Notes: a model not told the origin generated them from the letters alone. A stretch of DNA of 64,000 nucleotides from an uncultured virus (IMG/VR IMGVR_UViG_3300019373_000270) (IMGVR_UViG_3300019373_000270); one strand, 5' to 3'; shown: positions 21,977 to 33,190, numbered from the stretch's first letter. Program-made: numbers and translations.

Positions 21977-24013
21977 ATGAATGATCTTGAACTGAAAAAT
22001 GATCTGCCGGATAATGATACTTCCTTACATAACGAGACCGGCGCTGATACCGAACAGCAAAATCAAAGCAATAACGGTTCAAAACATATTTCAGGTTCGC
22101 TCGAACATGTTATTGCTGATAAGCTGCGAGCGAGAGCTGATAAAACCGACGACCCTGTTCTGAAAGAGGTACTTAAAGATCTGTCACTTGTGCTTGATTT
22201 AAGCAAAAGTGATTTTATCGATACCATTAAGGTTATTGATAAAGAACTCGATTACAGATTTGATGGATACAGTGAAGCAAAAGCAAATATGCTGGAAAAA
22301 ATTCCTGACAATATAAAAGAACCTATTGCTAAAATATTGTCGGGAATAGATAAGCTCAACAGCTACTCTAAAATGGATCTTATTACCATCGTAACTAAAA
22401 TATCTGATGCAGTTAAGGAACAAAAAGAAGATCTTGTTGAAATGGAAAAACAAGATACAGAGAAAAACAGCGTTGATATTAACGAAGCTGAACTTATCGA
22501 GACAGCACCCGTTGATCTCGATGAAAATAATGATGATGCAGCGAATGAAAAGTTACAGGATAAAATAAGCGAACTTGATAAAGATGATAAGACAGAACAA
22601 AAAATAATAGATGAGAATTTAACAGATAAAATAGATATCCCAACAGATAATAACATTGAAGTACAGGCTCTTGACATAAACGACGATGTATCTGCACCTG
22701 AAACTGACGAAATCGATACAAAAGAATTCTTATCGGCTGATGAAAACAAAATCGAGATCGATGATGTAGCTGAAGAAGACGTAGATGACAAGCAAGAAAC
22801 AGATGAAACTGCCGAAATAGATATCGATGAAAATGTTACAGCTGACCAAACAACTCTTTCTTCAAAATCGGATACAATTGAAGATGTTGAGAGTGATGAA
22901 TCAAAAAATAAAGACTTTTATGAGCCTGATGTTTTTGATAAATATGAAAAACCGGAGCGTCTTGATGATCCTGAAAATGAATTTGACAGAAAAAATACAG
23001 AAGAAAATGCCGATATTACAGATGAAGCGCTTGAATATGACAGAATGGATGATGCCCCTGTGGAGTTTACGCCGGAACAGATCGAGGACACTGACGCTGG
23101 CGAGGAGACAGAAACATCAAAAGATAATATTCCTGCTGAGTTAGACAGTATAGATGATATAACAGATCTTCCGGACTCTATTGAAATGACGGCTAGTGAC
23201 ATTGATGGTGATGGCACTGTCAATGATTCTGATAATAATGATGTAGTTGAAAGCGTCAGTGAAGAAATACCTGAAAGTATTATAGATACTGACAAAGAAG
23301 AGTATGCCGATGATACAGCAAATGATTCCTTGGAAGGCTTGACTGAACCACAAAATGAATCTGATGTTACAGATAATGCAGCTGTTTTTGCGGATGATGA
23401 TACGATAGATAGAGTTGAAGATAATCAAACTGAAACAGAAGAAATGATATCTTCTGATGATGATGTAAATGACCTAACGACAGATACTGCTGCTGATTCA
23501 ATAAATGAGGTCGAGAATGTCGGGAACAGTCTTGATGATCTTTCTTATGAGTGGAACGATGATTCTTCCGATAATGAATTTTATAAAGACGTTGTTGAAG
23601 CCGAACAGCCCTTTGACAGTGCTGCTGACACCTACACTTCGGCTGAAAATGAGATTGAAAATCTGAATGATACAGATAACGGCAGTATAAGTGATATGAT
23701 AGATAATGCTGCCAATAATGGAATAACAGATGATCAGATGGACTTTGAAATGCCTGAGCAAACATTTGATGAGGTTGGAATAGATGAAGTCGATATAGTT
23801 GATCCATACGATGATATTCAGAATATATCAGATATCATTGATTTTGCAAGCGAATTTTCAGATGATGCAATACTTCCTGAGGCGGATGATGTTGATATGG
23901 GCATTGAATACGAAAACAATGACTTTGAGATCTCAAATGAAGAATTCGATACAGATATAGGTGATTTTGGCGGTATCGATGAAGAAGAAATAGCGGAATT
24001 GCTTATTCTTTGA
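21977..24013 (+). CDS. Extremely acidic, probably disordered protein
   Basis: 678 aa, D/E-dominated, AAAGGAG SD. Confidence 0.7.
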   Translation: MNDLELKNDLPDNDTSLHNETGADTEQQNQSNNGSKHISGSLEHVIADKLRARADKTDDPVLKEVLKDLSLVLDLSKSDFIDTIKVIDKELDYRFDGYSEAKANMLEKIPDNIKEPIAKILSGIDKLNSYSKMDLITIVTKISDAVKEQKEDLVEMEKQDTEKNSVDINEAELIETAPVDLDENNDDAANEKLQDKISELDKDDKTEQKIIDENLTDKIDIPTDNNIEVQALDINDDVSAPETDEIDTKEFLSADENKIEIDDVAEEDVDDKQETDETAEIDIDENVTADQTTLSSKSDTIEDVESDESKNKDFYEPDVFDKYEKPERLDDPENEFDRKNTEENADITDEALEYDRMDDAPVEFTPEQIEDTDAGEETETSKDNIPAELDSIDDITDLPDSIEMTASDIDGDGTVNDSDNNDVVESVSEEIPESIIDTDKEEYADDTANDSLEGLTEPQNESDVTDNAAVFADDDTIDRVEDNQTETEEMISSDDDVNDLTTDTAADSINEVENVGNSLDDLSYEWNDDSSDNEFYKDVVEAEQPFDSAADTYTSAENEIENLNDTDNGSISDMIDNAANNGITDDQMDFEMPEQTFDEVGIDEVDIVDPYDDIQNISDIIDFASEFSDDAILPEADDVDMGIEYENNDFEISNEEFDTDIGDFGGIDEEEIAELLIL

Positions 24014-24088
24014 TTATATCCATAAAAATATTCTTGTATAATGTTCGTGAAAGCAAATTTATATCATAGTTGAAATAATAAAAGGGGA

Positions 24089-24469
24089 GTGACTTTTATG
24101 AAATTTGCTGAACTAATACTATATTCTGTATTGGGATATTGCTTTACACTGCTAGGAATAATGTTTGGGTTTTATTTTTTAGCTGCTGTACTCAAGCCCG
24201 CAAAGAAAAACATTACGTACAGTGCAGAAATAAACGTACCAAAAGAAGCTACCCCCGAAGATCTTTATTCTGAACTCGATGACCTATCAGATAATGAAGA
24301 ATCTGATAGATACGATAACTCTTTGTATCATGACGAACCAATGTGTAATGAACCTATATCGTATATGGATATAAAGAATTATCTAAGCGATGAGAATAAA
24401 ATTGAAGTATATAGAAAAAGAGAAGATAGTTCATACGATATACTCCAAAGAAAAATCTCAAATCAATAA
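24089..24469 (+). CDS. Small membrane-anchored hypothetical protein
   Basis: N-terminal TM segment. Confidence 0.55.
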   Translation: MTFMKFAELILYSVLGYCFTLLGIMFGFYFLAAVLKPAKKNITYSAEINVPKEATPEDLYSELDDLSDNEESDRYDNSLYHDEPMCNEPISYMDIKNYLSDENKIEVYRKREDSSYDILQRKISNQ

Positions 24470-24541
24470 ATTTTCTGCTATAATATTATTAGAACGGATT
24501 TTTTGGTAATCCAAACGTAATAACGAAAGGCAGGAAAAAAT

Positions 24542-25450
24542 ATGTTAAAAAATAACAAGAAAACAGCTCTCAGAGTGATAGCTGTTTGTTTAGCACTGGT
24601 TTCTGTAGGTTCTTTTGGTTATGTAGGATACAAACAGTATTATGAACCTAAGACAAAAGAAGCTCAGTATGATGAAATAAGAGAAAAACATAAAAACAAT
24701 GAGCTTGAATTTCAAAATGACTCTAAAACGGAAAACGAAGATATAAGTAACTATTCCGTTCCCGAAAGAGATGAAAGCAGCAGCGAACATGAGCCTGATG
24801 ATACAAGCAGAGCATCTGTTTCAAATGATGTAACTTCGGAAAATTCAAAAGAGGATCTTTTGTCTTCTAACATCATCAAGCCTACTATGCAGGAACAAAC
24901 TTACACGTTTGAGTATACTGATAGAACTTTCGGCTGGATATCCGTTCCGGGAACTTCTATTGACTATCCCGTACTCTATATGGAAGGGGACAATGATTAT
25001 TATCTCACACACAACTATGCAGAACAATATGATTCGTATGGCTCTATATACCTCGATGGCAATCAATACATCGGAGCTAAAAACATGACGTTATACGGAC
25101 ATAATATAAACGCATACTATAACTCTATGTTCAGACCTCTGGTCAATTATGAAAATGAGTATTTTTTTGACTCCCATCCGATCATCGAATTTGATTATGA
25201 TTCAGGTTCATCTGAATGGGAAGTAATAGGCTGTATGATAGCTGACCTCCAGAAAGATCACGTTTCTTTTACAAAATGTGATTTTCTTGACGATAACGAC
25301 TTTCTTGATTACGGGAATTCATTACTTGAAAACTGCACTATAAGAAAAGACGGAGTAGAGCTACGTGCTGATGATGAACTGCTTACTCTTGCAACATGTT
25401 CATATCATACAAATGACTGCAGAACTATTGTGATTTGCAGACGAATATAA
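24542..25450 (+). CDS. srtB: Class B sortase
   Basis: GWISVPGTSIDYPV, NDYYLTH, LYGHN, LTLATC...R catalytic motifs. Confidence 0.9.
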   Translation: MLKNNKKTALRVIAVCLALVSVGSFGYVGYKQYYEPKTKEAQYDEIREKHKNNELEFQNDSKTENEDISNYSVPERDESSSEHEPDDTSRASVSNDVTSENSKEDLLSSNIIKPTMQEQTYTFEYTDRTFGWISVPGTSIDYPVLYMEGDNDYYLTHNYAEQYDSYGSIYLDGNQYIGAKNMTLYGHNINAYYNSMFRPLVNYENEYFFDSHPIIEFDYDSGSSEWEVIGCMIADLQKDHVSFTKCDFLDDNDFLDYGNSLLENCTIRKDGVELRADDELLTLATCSYHTNDCRTIVICRRI

Positions 25451-25464
25451 GGTGGCGGCAAAAA

Positions 25465-26946
25465 ATGAATAAAATAGTAATTTTGTTTGTTTCATTATTT
25501 TGTATTTTCTGCGCTTTGTGGATCTTCAAAAGTAAGACTCCTATAAACAGAAAGCTGAATAATTCAGAAAATACAAGCAATTGGTGGGATACGGAAAATG
25601 AAATAGAACCCTTATCATACGAAGTAAGTGAAGAATGGTATCTCGATCCCAGAATCCCTGCTGATTATGTTCCGGTACTTGGTGAAGAAGGAATGTATAT
25701 GCAGGTGGATGAGTCTGGTACAATCGTTGCATACTGGAAGTGTACAGAAGAAGGTTCTGCACTCAATTGGGAAAAAGTAAATCCTGACATTCCGGATAAT
25801 TATGAGCCTGTGGAAAACGTTGATGATGTATATAAGATAACCGATGAAAACGGTCTAAGTAAATATCTTAAGTATATACGAAACAAAGACAATTCATTCA
25901 CTTTTGTTGAAGTGGATAAGTACGGAAACATCATAGACGAATACATAACCTCGTGTGCATCAGATGCGCTGGAAACAAATACTGTCCCTGTCAATTATAT
26001 GCAGATAGATGGTAATGTGTACGGCGTAAAAAATAAAGATGGAGTAGTTGTTGAGTACGTTAAAAAGAATGAAGATAAAGACGGTACGTTGATATGGAAC
26101 CCTATAAGCGAAGATAAAGTTTTTTCTGATAGGAACGGTAATGAACGAAATGAAGGAGAAGTAAGAAATACGACCAAACCTTCTGAAATGACTCTGCCTG
26201 AACAGTCATCTCAAAAGCCTGCCGAAGTAGTCGTAGATAAGCCTCAGACAACTCAGGTCACAACAGCACCTATCGTTGTAGACCCGAACATATCAGTCAA
26301 TACCGGCTCGCAAAGTGAAAAAACACATACGCAGAAAGAGTCGTATCAAAAAACAGAATATGAGGGAGATTATAAACTGACCTATGAGTATGTTGTAATA
26401 AAAACATATGATGACTATGGCAACTTAGTATCTTCCGATCAACAAGGTCCTATCCTCGTTAATAAAGAGTATGTCGGGACTCAGAGCCAAACAGTTAATC
26501 CCGGATTGATAGAAACAAATCTGGATAATGAGATCATGAGAGTTGCAGGCTCGCTGCAGCAAAGTGATGCAAGCGGAGTTATCAATTCTCTTAATGCCGA
26601 AAGAATCAATAACGGTCTTCCTATACTGGCATCAGACGGAGATGCTCAAAAAATAGCCGTTCTGTTTGCGGCTGATATGGCGACATATGACAACACTTCT
26701 AATGTATCTCCTGCTTATGGTTCGATAGATCAGCTGATGAATAGATACGGGATCATAAATCAAGGGTACGGATTAAATGTCTGGAGAACGACTTCTGATG
26801 ATGCTCAGCAAATACATCAAAGATTTCAGTCAATAGACAATTGCCGAAATGCAAGAATGAATGAAAACTTCAATCAAGTTGGTGTAGCTATATTCCAGAA
26901 TAACGGTTATTACTATGTGGCGGAAGTGTTGCTGCTTCAATTCTAA
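25465..26946 (+). CDS. Secreted protein with C-terminal CAP/SCP domain
   Basis: LNAERINNGLPIL...FNQVGVAI...YYVAEV; repeated IP.DY.PV units at the N-terminus. Confidence 0.7.
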   Translation: MNKIVILFVSLFCIFCALWIFKSKTPINRKLNNSENTSNWWDTENEIEPLSYEVSEEWYLDPRIPADYVPVLGEEGMYMQVDESGTIVAYWKCTEEGSALNWEKVNPDIPDNYEPVENVDDVYKITDENGLSKYLKYIRNKDNSFTFVEVDKYGNIIDEYITSCASDALETNTVPVNYMQIDGNVYGVKNKDGVVVEYVKKNEDKDGTLIWNPISEDKVFSDRNGNERNEGEVRNTTKPSEMTLPEQSSQKPAEVVVDKPQTTQVTTAPIVVDPNISVNTGSQSEKTHTQKESYQKTEYEGDYKLTYEYVVIKTYDDYGNLVSSDQQGPILVNKEYVGTQSQTVNPGLIETNLDNEIMRVAGSLQQSDASGVINSLNAERINNGLPILASDGDAQKIAVLFAADMATYDNTSNVSPAYGSIDQLMNRYGIINQGYGLNVWRTTSDDAQQIHQRFQSIDNCRNARMNENFNQVGVAIFQNNGYYYVAEVLLLQF

Positions 26947-27072
26947 AATCAATGATCAGATCGACTTCAGAAGAGGTCGGTCTGATTTTTTATTGATTTG
27001 AATTTTCACATATAATCATTACAGTATCAAATATTAAAGATAACCGGAGTGACCTTAAAGGAGGAAATATCA

Positions 27073-28743
27073 ATGAAATGGACAAAAAAAGATGAACTTA
27101 ATACAATCGAAGATGTAATTGTCCGTAATTCAGGAATGTCTTTGGACGAACTGAAAAGGACGACAGACTGGAATACTACAATATCTAATCTACAGAAAAC
27201 TGCTGACTATCTTAGGCGCTGTGCCAAAGAGCGAAAGAAAGTTGCGGTATTTGCCGATTATGATTGTGACGGCATATGTTCAGCTGTTATAATGCATATC
27301 ATACTGAAATCATTAGGAATAATAAGATTTAAAATATATTTTCCGAAGCGCAAAATCGGTTACGGTCTGCAGAGAAGGTATATTGAAGAGATGGAAGAAG
27401 GATTCAATGTAATTATTACGATAGATAACGGCATAGCAGCTTTCGATGGCATTGAAGCTGCAAAAGAAAAAGGAATGGAAGTCGTGGTAATTGATCATCA
27501 TCTTCGCTCACAGGAAGGCATTCCAAATGCGGACATAATAGTTGATCCGCACGTTTATAAAGAAGCCCCCGATGACTTTGAAGATTGGTGCGGAGCCGGT
27601 CTTGGCTATGAACTGTCAAAACTTCTATGTGACGAAAAAAGACAGAATGTCTGCTTGCAGTTTGCGGCAATTGCAACTGTAGCGGATGTCATGCCTCTGA
27701 CTTACAACAACAGGGCAATAATAAAGAAAGGACTTGAGCTGATAAACAACAGCTTTGTCAAGTCCATACGATATTTAGTTGATGAAATATCAGGGCTTGG
27801 AAAACCTCATGTGGATGAAAGCACAATAGGTTTCAGAATCGGACCTATCATAAATGCGATGGGACGAATCGAGGATGATGCCGAGTATGTATACAGATAC
27901 TTCATTTCAGGTGAGCCAGAAATGCTGCAGCATATGATAGAAATTAACGAAAGAAGAAAGGAACTTGTATCGCAGGCGGTTGAAAGAGCGCAGAATATAG
28001 TCATAGAGGAATGTCTGATCGCAGATGTCCCTAAAATCATTTATGATCCCAAAACACTTGAAGGTATAGTCGGCGTGGTTGCCGGCAGACTGGTCGAAAC
28101 GTATAAAACCCCGGTCATTTGTCTTACTGATAGTGAAAATGAGGGAGTCATAAAAGGTTCTGCAAGAAGTACTGATGATATAAATATGAAAGAAACATTA
28201 GACAGAGTGTCTGAACATCTTCTTCATTATGGCGGTCATGCGGGAGCAGCCGGTCTGTCACTGAATGTTGATGAACTTGACATCATCAGAAACATTTTCT
28301 TTGACATGTTTGAAGATTATGAAGTAAAAGAAGCGGATGAAATTTTCTATGACCTTGAAATAGATGCGGAAAATGTTCCTGATGTTTTAAATAAACTTAA
28401 GGAATTTGCACCTTACGGAGAAGGAAACAGACCCCCTGTATTTAAGATAAACAATTTCAAATGTATGCCCAATAATGGAAAATTATTTCAGATCATGGGC
28501 AGCGACGGAAGAACTCTAAAACTATTCGGTAATAAATGTAGTGCTGTTGGTTTTGACTCAGCAGAAAAATTCAACAGTCTTAATATGCCGAAAATTATAG
28601 ACATAATTGGAACTATAAGCGAAAACAATTATGGAAAAACAGAACCGCAAATAGAAATTTGTGATTTCGAAAAAAAAACGGTAGCAAAAGCACAGTCTGA
28701 ATTAACAAAGCTGTGCTTAGATGATATTCTTTCGGGACTATAA
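27073..28743 (+). CDS. recJ: RecJ-like DHH ssDNA exonuclease
   Basis: DYDCDG, ITIDNG, IDHH, ATVADVMPL, GSARS, GGHAGAAG, PYGEGN. Confidence 0.93.
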   Translation: MKWTKKDELNTIEDVIVRNSGMSLDELKRTTDWNTTISNLQKTADYLRRCAKERKKVAVFADYDCDGICSAVIMHIILKSLGIIRFKIYFPKRKIGYGLQRRYIEEMEEGFNVIITIDNGIAAFDGIEAAKEKGMEVVVIDHHLRSQEGIPNADIIVDPHVYKEAPDDFEDWCGAGLGYELSKLLCDEKRQNVCLQFAAIATVADVMPLTYNNRAIIKKGLELINNSFVKSIRYLVDEISGLGKPHVDESTIGFRIGPIINAMGRIEDDAEYVYRYFISGEPEMLQHMIEINERRKELVSQAVERAQNIVIEECLIADVPKIIYDPKTLEGIVGVVAGRLVETYKTPVICLTDSENEGVIKGSARSTDDINMKETLDRVSEHLLHYGGHAGAAGLSLNVDELDIIRNIFFDMFEDYEVKEADEIFYDLEIDAENVPDVLNKLKEFAPYGEGNRPPVFKINNFKCMPNNGKLFQIMGSDGRTLKLFGNKCSAVGFDSAEKFNSLNMPKIIDIIGTISENNYGKTEPQIEICDFEKKTVAKAQSELTKLCLDDILSGL

Positions 28744-28755
28744 GGAGGAAATAAT

Positions 28756-29745
28756 ATGTCAGCAAAATATCCAAAGGAGATTTTTACAAACATCAAAACC
28801 AAAAATGGAGGAAGCCAGACATTTAGCGTCACATCGAATTTGCAGTTTGATGAAGATAAACCGTTGGCGATGATGTCATCGCTGTCAAGGTACGTTCTGA
28901 CGACTATTGAAAAGTTGTCAACAGGGAAAAACACCATCCTCGTTGCTAATATTCCGACAAAACTTGTACCAGCGATTGCTGAAAAAGCGATCTCTGTTAT
29001 AAATACCGCAAATATTACAGGAATAAATAAAACTTCCGAAAACAAAACTGAAAAAGTGTGGCCTGTTATCGAGGGCAACAGGAAAATATGCGAAGCTCTT
29101 GAGCTAACCCCGACTATGGGAAATAACAAAGGAAAACCGTTCTGGAAGATTCCGACTGAGGAAATAAGACAGTACAGAGATTTTCTAAATAAGAATAAGG
29201 ATAAATACCCTAAAAATCAGGAAATCATTAATCGTCTTGACTTATTCCTGAACGCATCAAAAGATACGCAGGATAAATGTATTTCTTTCATGGAAAAGCA
29301 CCGAGACAACTGCGAAACGGATACTATCACAACATCAAATGAACTGGTAATTTACGAATCCGGTACGAAGCCCAGAGTCTCGCAGAAGAGAGAGGACGGA
29401 AAAGTTCAGGTATACACTATAAACATTAGTTATATTATCGGACAGAATTATCCGTTCGTTGTTACTACAACGAATTACTATGCATTTATAAAGAAAACCG
29501 AGACAGGGGCTTTAAATATCGTCGGCAATTCAGTCTGTGACAAACTGTCATCTACTGTAAGAATGAGCGAACTGGACGGATTGGCATTTATTAAAGCCAT
29601 GGAAAATGACGCTATGGCATATAATATTAGTTTCTATTCCGCTCAGCTCAAAAAGGCTGACGAATTAATAAAACATAATATAGCCACAAACAAGAAGAAA
29701 GAAACCGATAACAACGCTGATTTTTCTGATTTTTCCGACTTTTAA
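28756..29745 (+). CDS. Hypothetical protein
   Basis: 329 aa, AAGGAGG SD, acidic aromatic tail DFSDFSDF (SSB-like tail). Confidence 0.6.
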   Translation: MSAKYPKEIFTNIKTKNGGSQTFSVTSNLQFDEDKPLAMMSSLSRYVLTTIEKLSTGKNTILVANIPTKLVPAIAEKAISVINTANITGINKTSENKTEKVWPVIEGNRKICEALELTPTMGNNKGKPFWKIPTEEIRQYRDFLNKNKDKYPKNQEIINRLDLFLNASKDTQDKCISFMEKHRDNCETDTITTSNELVIYESGTKPRVSQKREDGKVQVYTINISYIIGQNYPFVVTTTNYYAFIKKTETGALNIVGNSVCDKLSSTVRMSELDGLAFIKAMENDAMAYNISFYSAQLKKADELIKHNIATNKKKETDNNADFSDFSDF

Positions 29746-29879
29746 AAGCAAGAAAGCCATTGTTTTATACAGTGGCTTTTTTTATTGGATAAGATTTTCA
29801 AATATAATAACCATAGGATCTGTTATTGATAATTGGAGTTATCAAATCAGATCAAGTATTTTTTTAGGAGGTCATTTTT

Positions 29880-31670
29880 ATGAACTTTAAGAATATTTGC
29901 ATCGAAAATTTTGGTGGAATCTCTCATTTGGAGACGACTCCAAAAAGAGTCAACGTAATAATTGGACCAAACGGACACGGAAAAACTACTTTTCTGAAGG
30001 CTGTTAAGTACGGACTTATCGGCAGTCAGACAAGAGGAGAGATAATAAAAGATGGAGAAGATAAAGCGGAAGTTATTATGGATATTGATTCGATATCACT
30101 GAGAAGTACTTGTACCAAAAAAGGAGGAGCTTCCGTTTATTTGAACGGGAAAAAGACTACTCGCAAAAGCATAGTAAACCTTTTGCAGGACGAATACGGC
30201 GGAACAAAAGAAGCAATGCAGTTTCTTACATCGTCAGAGGTTTTTGAAAAGGCCACTTCGTCGGAATTTACCGAGTTCCTTCTGAATAGTGGCTTTATCC
30301 CGCTAAACATAGATGTTGAAACTATGTTAAGGGTCATAAAAGAAACAGAACCGATCGATGAAACAATAGAAGAAGAACTTAGAAGTAAATTTCCGGCAAT
30401 GCCTGACAAATTCAGTCTTGATTACATTCAGGAGATAAATGATTACTTCTCAGGAAAAGTCAAAGCTGAGAAGAAAGAAATCGACAGGATCAATTCCATT
30501 TTATCATCTGTGGATGGGTTGAACATGACGAGAGATTCAGCCGATATAAAATCAGCTTACGAATCCTTAACGGCAGACGAGGCTGCACTCAAGGCATATG
30601 AAGAAGTCAGCAGAAAACGAGAATCAGCTGTTGCTCGTCTAAAAGTCATGCAGGATGAATTCAATAAAATGTCTGTGGAAAAGCCTAAGCCTGAAATAAA
30701 AAATGCAGCCGAAAACGTAATGAGGAATATGGATCAGGAGATAAGAAAACTGATCAGATTTATCTCAACTTTACAGGCCAACAATGCAATGTTCGAAAAA
30801 CAGCTTGTAAATCTTAAGAGTGATCGCTGCCCCGTTTCTGAAAAGATATCCTGCACGCAGGATAAAACTAAGATTATCGAAGAAACCGAAGATATGATTG
30901 AAGGAAATCGTATGCAGATCAGTCTTTTTGAAGAAGAGAAAGAAGCGTATGAGAACGAACTGAAAAAGGCAAAAGAAACTCTTGATTCTTACATGAAACA
31001 GGAAAGAGCTTACTTTGAAAAAATAAATAAACTGAAACAGATAGAATCGTTAAAGGAATCCATTCCTGCTTCTCTGAGAAGACCACCAATAAAAGCAGAT
31101 GAAATAGAAAGTAAGAAAAGTCAATTGATGGAAGAATTGGCCTTAGCTAACAGGATCGAAGCAGCAAACCACGAAAGACCTAATTTGCTGAAACATGAAA
31201 TGGATCTGAAAATGTTCTCTGTTCTTGAAAACATAACCTCTAAGAAAGGAAATGTAAAAGGAAAGATCTTAAAGCTGCTGTTGGGCAGACTTGTAAAATC
31301 GATCAACGATATGGCGGCAGAAGTTTGTCCTCACTTAACACTGGGACTTACCGTGAACTCAAACGGCAATGTCATTATAAGATGCAAGACCCCCAGCGGT
31401 ACTCAGGATTACGGCGATTTGTCAACAGGAGAAAAGCTGATGGTACAATTCCTGGTTATGAGTCAGATCAACCAGCTGTCAGGGTTTAAGATATTAATAA
31501 TGGATAATCTGGATAAGCTGGATGAAAATAATTTTGAAAAAATGCTTGATTTTCTTTCGCAGCCTGCGGTTGCAGAGTATTATGACCATGTTTTTGTTGC
31601 ATCGGTCAATCATGCTGAATTTAAAGATGTACTCGGAAAATTCAGTGACATAAACGTTATTAACATTTAA
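29880..31670 (+). CDS. SbcC/Rad50-like SMC-family ATPase
   Basis: IENFGG, GPNGHGKTT, coiled coil with central CPVSEKISC, LSTGEK signature, ILIMDNLDKLD. Confidence 0.85.
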   Translation: MNFKNICIENFGGISHLETTPKRVNVIIGPNGHGKTTFLKAVKYGLIGSQTRGEIIKDGEDKAEVIMDIDSISLRSTCTKKGGASVYLNGKKTTRKSIVNLLQDEYGGTKEAMQFLTSSEVFEKATSSEFTEFLLNSGFIPLNIDVETMLRVIKETEPIDETIEEELRSKFPAMPDKFSLDYIQEINDYFSGKVKAEKKEIDRINSILSSVDGLNMTRDSADIKSAYESLTADEAALKAYEEVSRKRESAVARLKVMQDEFNKMSVEKPKPEIKNAAENVMRNMDQEIRKLIRFISTLQANNAMFEKQLVNLKSDRCPVSEKISCTQDKTKIIEETEDMIEGNRMQISLFEEEKEAYENELKKAKETLDSYMKQERAYFEKINKLKQIESLKESIPASLRRPPIKADEIESKKSQLMEELALANRIEAANHERPNLLKHEMDLKMFSVLENITSKKGNVKGKILKLLLGRLVKSINDMAAEVCPHLTLGLTVNSNGNVIIRCKTPSGTQDYGDLSTGEKLMVQFLVMSQINQLSGFKILIMDNLDKLDENNFEKMLDFLSQPAVAEYYDHVFVASVNHAEFKDVLGKFSDINVINI

Positions 31671-31758
31671 GAACCATTAGACGGATCGATAATCGGTCCG
31701 TCTTTTTTTGCATAAAAAAACTCCCCTTAAGAGGGGAGAAAAGACGGATGGTTCAATA

Positions 31759-32226
31759 TCACTGAGACTTCGCCTTAAGTGTTCTGAACCTCCTTATTTC
31801 TACAATTGCGCAGCCCGAAAAAAATCCTATCAGGAAAAGAACTGCAAAGAGCAGGAGTAGTCTATACCCTCCAAGTGTGCGCATAGACACTCTGCTATGC
31901 GCAATCAGGATGATTTTTGAAATAGTCATCAGGACTGCAACAGAGTAAGAGAGCAGTGACGCTGCAGCGCAGCGCCATGACTTCTTTGTTTTTGTTTTTA
32001 CGGCAAATACTACCGTTAAGAATATGGTCAGATACTGTACTCCCGTAGTGATGTACAGAAATAGTTCGGGGAAATACCTGGCCATCCTTTTAAAGATCCA
32101 GATGCTGATACACAACGATACAACACCTTTTATCACAAAATATATTGAATAAAAATTCGTTTTTGGAGAAACGGTCTCGTCCCCCTTTTTCTGTGAAAAA
32201 TATGCGGAAATTAACATTTTAAACAT
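31759..32226 (-). CDS. Membrane hypothetical protein
   Basis: About four hydrophobic segments; AAGGAG SD. Confidence 0.55.
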   Translation of the reverse strand: MFKMLISAYFSQKKGDETVSPKTNFYSIYFVIKGVVSLCISIWIFKRMARYFPELFLYITTGVQYLTIFLTVVFAVKTKTKKSWRCAAASLLSYSVAVLMTISKIILIAHSRVSMRTLGGYRLLLLFAVLFLIGFFSGCAIVEIRRFRTLKAKSQ

Positions 32227-32533
32227 TTAATTTTACTCCTTTATGTATATCATATTTATGTATGTAAAGACCGTCGGTGCGAACGACAGTCAGTTTGCTT
32301 TGAAATGTAACTTAATAATTTTGATGAAAATTGATAATATGTATATGATCACGAAAAAAGTCGCACTCTTTTGTTCATGCAGAAAAGAAAATTATCCATC
32401 TTTTATTTAAGAAACTCCAAGTTATCATTAAATAAAAGCTATAATAATTATATATAAAAATTCGGTTTGATAAAAGCAAATATTATTGTTTGTAAAATTC
32501 TGATATAATTATATTAGTGACGAACAAACATAA

Positions 32534-32818
32534 ATGAAACTATTTTTGAAGGGAATGAACTATGTGATAATTAAGATCAGTACTGATTTAATTGTAAATT
32601 CTAGCGAGGTTCTTATTATTCTTTCGTTTAAATCGAATTCGGCAAAAGATATATACTCAAATGCAAAGAAAGCTGAAAAATTAATAAACTCGACAAAAGG
32701 GAAGGGAACCAAAAGCATTATTGTTTTAAAAAACGATACAGTGATAGCTTCTGACTATAATGCAGATACTTTATACAATAAGTTCGCCGTTACCGGTAAT
32801 GATATGGCTAAGGAGTAA
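32534..32818 (+). CDS. RemA/DUF370-like protein
   Basis: Aligns by eye with RemA (LINSTKGKGTKSIIV..D.VIAS..NADTL vs LIDATYGRRTRAVII..D.VILS..QPETV). Confidence 0.6.
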   Translation: MKLFLKGMNYVIIKISTDLIVNSSEVLIILSFKSNSAKDIYSNAKKAEKLINSTKGKGTKSIIVLKNDTVIASDYNADTLYNKFAVTGNDMAKE

Positions 32819-32920
32819 TAGAGATGAAGTGTTGTCTGTTTGAACCTGCGACAGAACTTACCTCATAGCGAACAGAAAACTTTTTCTTATAAAAAAGCTG
32901 CCACTTTCGTGACAGCCTTT

Positions 32921-33190
32921 TTACCATTCTTTTTTTACCAGTCCTACCGCTTCATTGTCTTCTACGATCGTCAAATTTCTTTTGAGAAAATCCCTTATCA
33001 TATTGATAGCTTTCATTTCTTCCGGGGCAGGATCATTCGGACAGAAATGATCCTGCCAAATAGCCCAACCGATGTATAGAGCAAAGTTTTCATTGAGCTT
33101 TTTCTCAAATGATAACGAAGGTAGTGATACAGGTTTGATTTTAAAAGAAGAGATTATCTTATTGTAGTCGGTTCTTGTCAGATAGTACAT
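32921..33190 (-). CDS. Hypothetical protein
   Basis: GAGGTG SD; followed by a terminator. Confidence 0.5.
   Translation of the reverse strand: MYYLTRTDYNKIISSFKIKPVSLPSLSFEKKLNENFALYIGWAIWQDHFCPNDPAPEEMKAINMIRDFLKRNLTIVEDNEAVGLVKKEW

Noticed and set aside
32265..32300. c-di-GMP-I riboswitch (GCAAAC on the minus strand)
   Set aside because: Lacks the GNRA/receptor and GCAAAG second stem; only a simple hairpin.
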